From Camelus dromedarius (taxonomy: Eukaryota): a DNA stretch of 64,000 nucleotides. The notes beneath the pieces were generated by a model. That model made no database searches. It had not been told where the DNA came from and saw only the letters and a list, made by a program, of their open reading frames with translations. Position numbers and translations under genes: made by a program. The stretch covers positions 94,924,001 through 94,988,000 of the forward strand of contig NC_087436.1 in assembly GCF_036321535.1 (NCBI RefSeq), in the 5' to 3' direction. Every line of letters starts with the position of its first letter. The stretch's first letter is position 1. This document shows, in pieces, positions 61,366-64,000 of this stretch.

Positions 61366-62059
61366 GGGTATACAGGACTACCCAGCCTGTTCCTACTCAT
61401 TAAAAGTAAAAACTTAACAGGTAGCACAGATGTGATGAGGGCACTATCACAATATCTGATTTTGGCATCAAATATGTATCATCCTATGTAATCGAGACAG
61501 CTAAAATTCACCTCCATGTGGCAATCCTGCAAAGATTTTTTTTAAAGGCTCTAAGGTCATACATGTCTGGTTGGTTTTTTAATTTTGCTCTATTATTTAC
61601 TAGCTAGTTTCGACATCGTTAAGTGGGAATAATCATATCTACTTCATCGGGCTATTGTAAAGATGAAATGTATTAACATATACAAAGTGCTCAGCACACT
61701 GTCCACTACATAATCAAGGGGACTCAACCTCCCTATATTCAACAAATTACCAAGGTGGAGGCAACTGAATAAAACATGAGCTTTTAGCCCAATTTCATTC
61801 AGACGCTTCAACACCTAAGAAAGGCTCTAATTGCCCTCAGGCCCAGAGTAGACTTTCTTAGAGACTTGGTGGGGAGGCCTGACAGGCCGAGCTCAAGGCC
61901 TTGTTCCTCAGCCTTTCATCCTCGCTCTGTCTTTTTTCAATCCCTTTCTTGATGTTGGGAGTTCCACCTTGGTTTACCGTTTTCTTTGCTAGGTAATTAT
62001 TTTCCTCATTTCCATCCTCAGAGGCCTCATTTCCTAGGTGATGAAGACTGCTCCTCGAG

Positions 62060-62500
62060 GCACAGGTTGGCAGACTTCTTCTGTAAACATCAAGAGAAAG
62101 ATATGGTTTCTTTCACAACTGCTCAACTAGGTTGTCATAGCAGAAAAGCAGCAAGAGACAATATTCAAACAAACTGGCGTGTCTGTGTCCACTGAAACTT
62201 TATTTACAAAAATGAACAGCAGACAGATTCGGCCTATGGCCTGCAGTGTGCTGACCTCAGACCTGTAGTTTCTCCACCTTTACTCTTTTGACCTAGATGC
62301 TGAAGTGTAACCTTGAATTGGCTACTTTTCTCTTAATTTTGGCCTTCAAAAAGGAATGTTTCTTGGTATGGATGCACATACTCACCTGGGTTCCAGCTGG
62401 GGCTGACATGCCCGTATCTGGGGTAGAGTCCAGGCATTTAGGTATTTTAAGAGTTCTTCAAGTAATCCTAACATGACGCCATGGTTGAGAATCACTGGAC
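62060..62500. mobile_element. MER58-like and MER5-like MITE relics
   Basis: aaactttatttacaaaaa...ggcctatggcctgcagtgtgctgacc; ccatggttgagaatcactg. Confidence 0.55.
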
Positions 62501-64000
62501 TAGGTAGTTCAAGCAATGGGGGATGGATAACTTTTGTAGCATTCTGGATTCCGTCTGGGATGGAAATCCCAAGATGTTATATCTGGTGGGTACCAATGTC
62601 AAGACAGGGTCAGATGATACTCAACCTGCATTACTGACTACTGGAGCTGAAAGGGACCTAAGCAATCATCTAGTACCATCTTCACAATGACGATTTCTTA
62701 TTATGAAGAATTTATATAATGCAGAGAAATTATTATAAACATTTCCTACCACCCAAATATTGGGTAAAATGCCTGTGACATTTGAAAATCTGTCATAATC
62801 TTGCTGGGAGAAGAGAAAATAGATCATTTAGTTAACATACTTTAGCTGTTTAAGTGGTCCATATGGCTGTTTAAATAAGGTCAGAGGGAAGAGCAGGGGA
62901 GGGAGTAGACGGTGGCCTGTGTGCAGACTGCATCTCTGGCCGTTATTATGACCATCTGGGGCTTCTCCATGTTATTTTAGAGTCATGCACAGATAGAAGG
63001 GTAAGTGTCATCCTTAATTTGAATAAAACAATAAATTAGCTGACACTTCCCTCGACTCCTCTGCACGTATCTGATGCTGCAGTCAGCTCACCAGGGCTGC
63101 TCCTTACTTCCTGAACATATTCTGGTTTTCCATGTCCATGCTAGTGCTTTGCACCCCTCTTCTAATTTTACCTTCACCCACCTCCATATGTGAACAAAGA
63201 AATCTCATAATGTGTTGTTGTTGTTCTGAGATTCAGAATCTGCCTGACTGTAAACCTAGGTTCCAATACCTCTGAGGTGTTTTACCTCAGGGACCTAGTC
63301 TACTTGATATTTATATTCAACAAGTAATTAGCAAGAGCCTATTACGCGAAGGTTTAACAGTAGACCACACGCTAAGTGCTGCAGGGGACACAGTAATACA
63401 CCCCAGTACATGCCCTTAAGAAACTAACATTCTTTCTCCTCCTTTGTGTTATGATCTATTATCGTGTAAGAGTTTAGTCTCCCGACTGATTTGCTCAATG
63501 CCTTATTGATCAGAAAGTTTCTGAGATAAATGAATTCTCCACTGGATTAACTAACTCCCTCAGTCCTTCTCTGTAGCTCTGCTGCTGAGTTTCTGATACA
63601 GAATCAGACAGATAAGTAGGTCAGCTTTTGCTAAACTTATTTCCCAGCATTTTCTTTCTCTGAAGTTCACATGCAGTGCAGCAGCTCTTCTGTCCCTGAC
63701 CCAGACAGCTCTTGAATGACAGCTTCTAACCTCATGGCTTCAGCCACCACTAAGCAAGGACTTCTTTCCTTCCACAGAATTTACCCCATCAATGTCACTT
63801 TTGAACTGCCCAGTTTACCATGTATTTCAGATTTATAAAGATGCATAACTTTAAGGAAAACTATTTTTAAAATTTAGTTGATTCTATTTTTTAATTTCAA
63901 GTAGAATGTTTACTTTTTTTTAGAAGTGACAATAGAATTTTCTGAGAATTTATTCAGAAAAATAAAATAAACAGTCAATAGTTTTGAAACATAGTATACT

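Overview
Mammalian genomic DNA, most likely a camelid (alpaca/llama/camel), judged from four copies of a Vic-1-like tRNA-derived SINE. The window holds the 5' ~80% of the ciliary IFT-A gene WDR19 (IFT144) on the minus strand: a CpG-island promoter at ~50.56-51.37 kb and coding exons 1-28 (50985 down to 1755). These splice in frame to 3183 nt / 1061 codons, and the gene continues beyond position 1. All introns are GT-AG except intron 12, which is GC-AG. Introns and ~13 kb of upstream DNA are filled with L1, L2/MIR, DNA-transposon and solo-LTR relics. Non-routine items: a frameshifted fragment of WDR75 coding sequence in intron 6; a retroposed U13/SNORD13 snoRNA with poly(A) and target-site duplication; a mirror-symmetric promoter with an RFX X-box; a tandem splice donor at exon 23; and an inverted pair of L1 3' ends bracketing exons 19-20. 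I found no convincing evidence of a new protein-coding system; most ORFs in the track are repeat-derived or chance. Gene and repeat identities come from recalled sequences, not database searches, and repeat boundaries are approximate.
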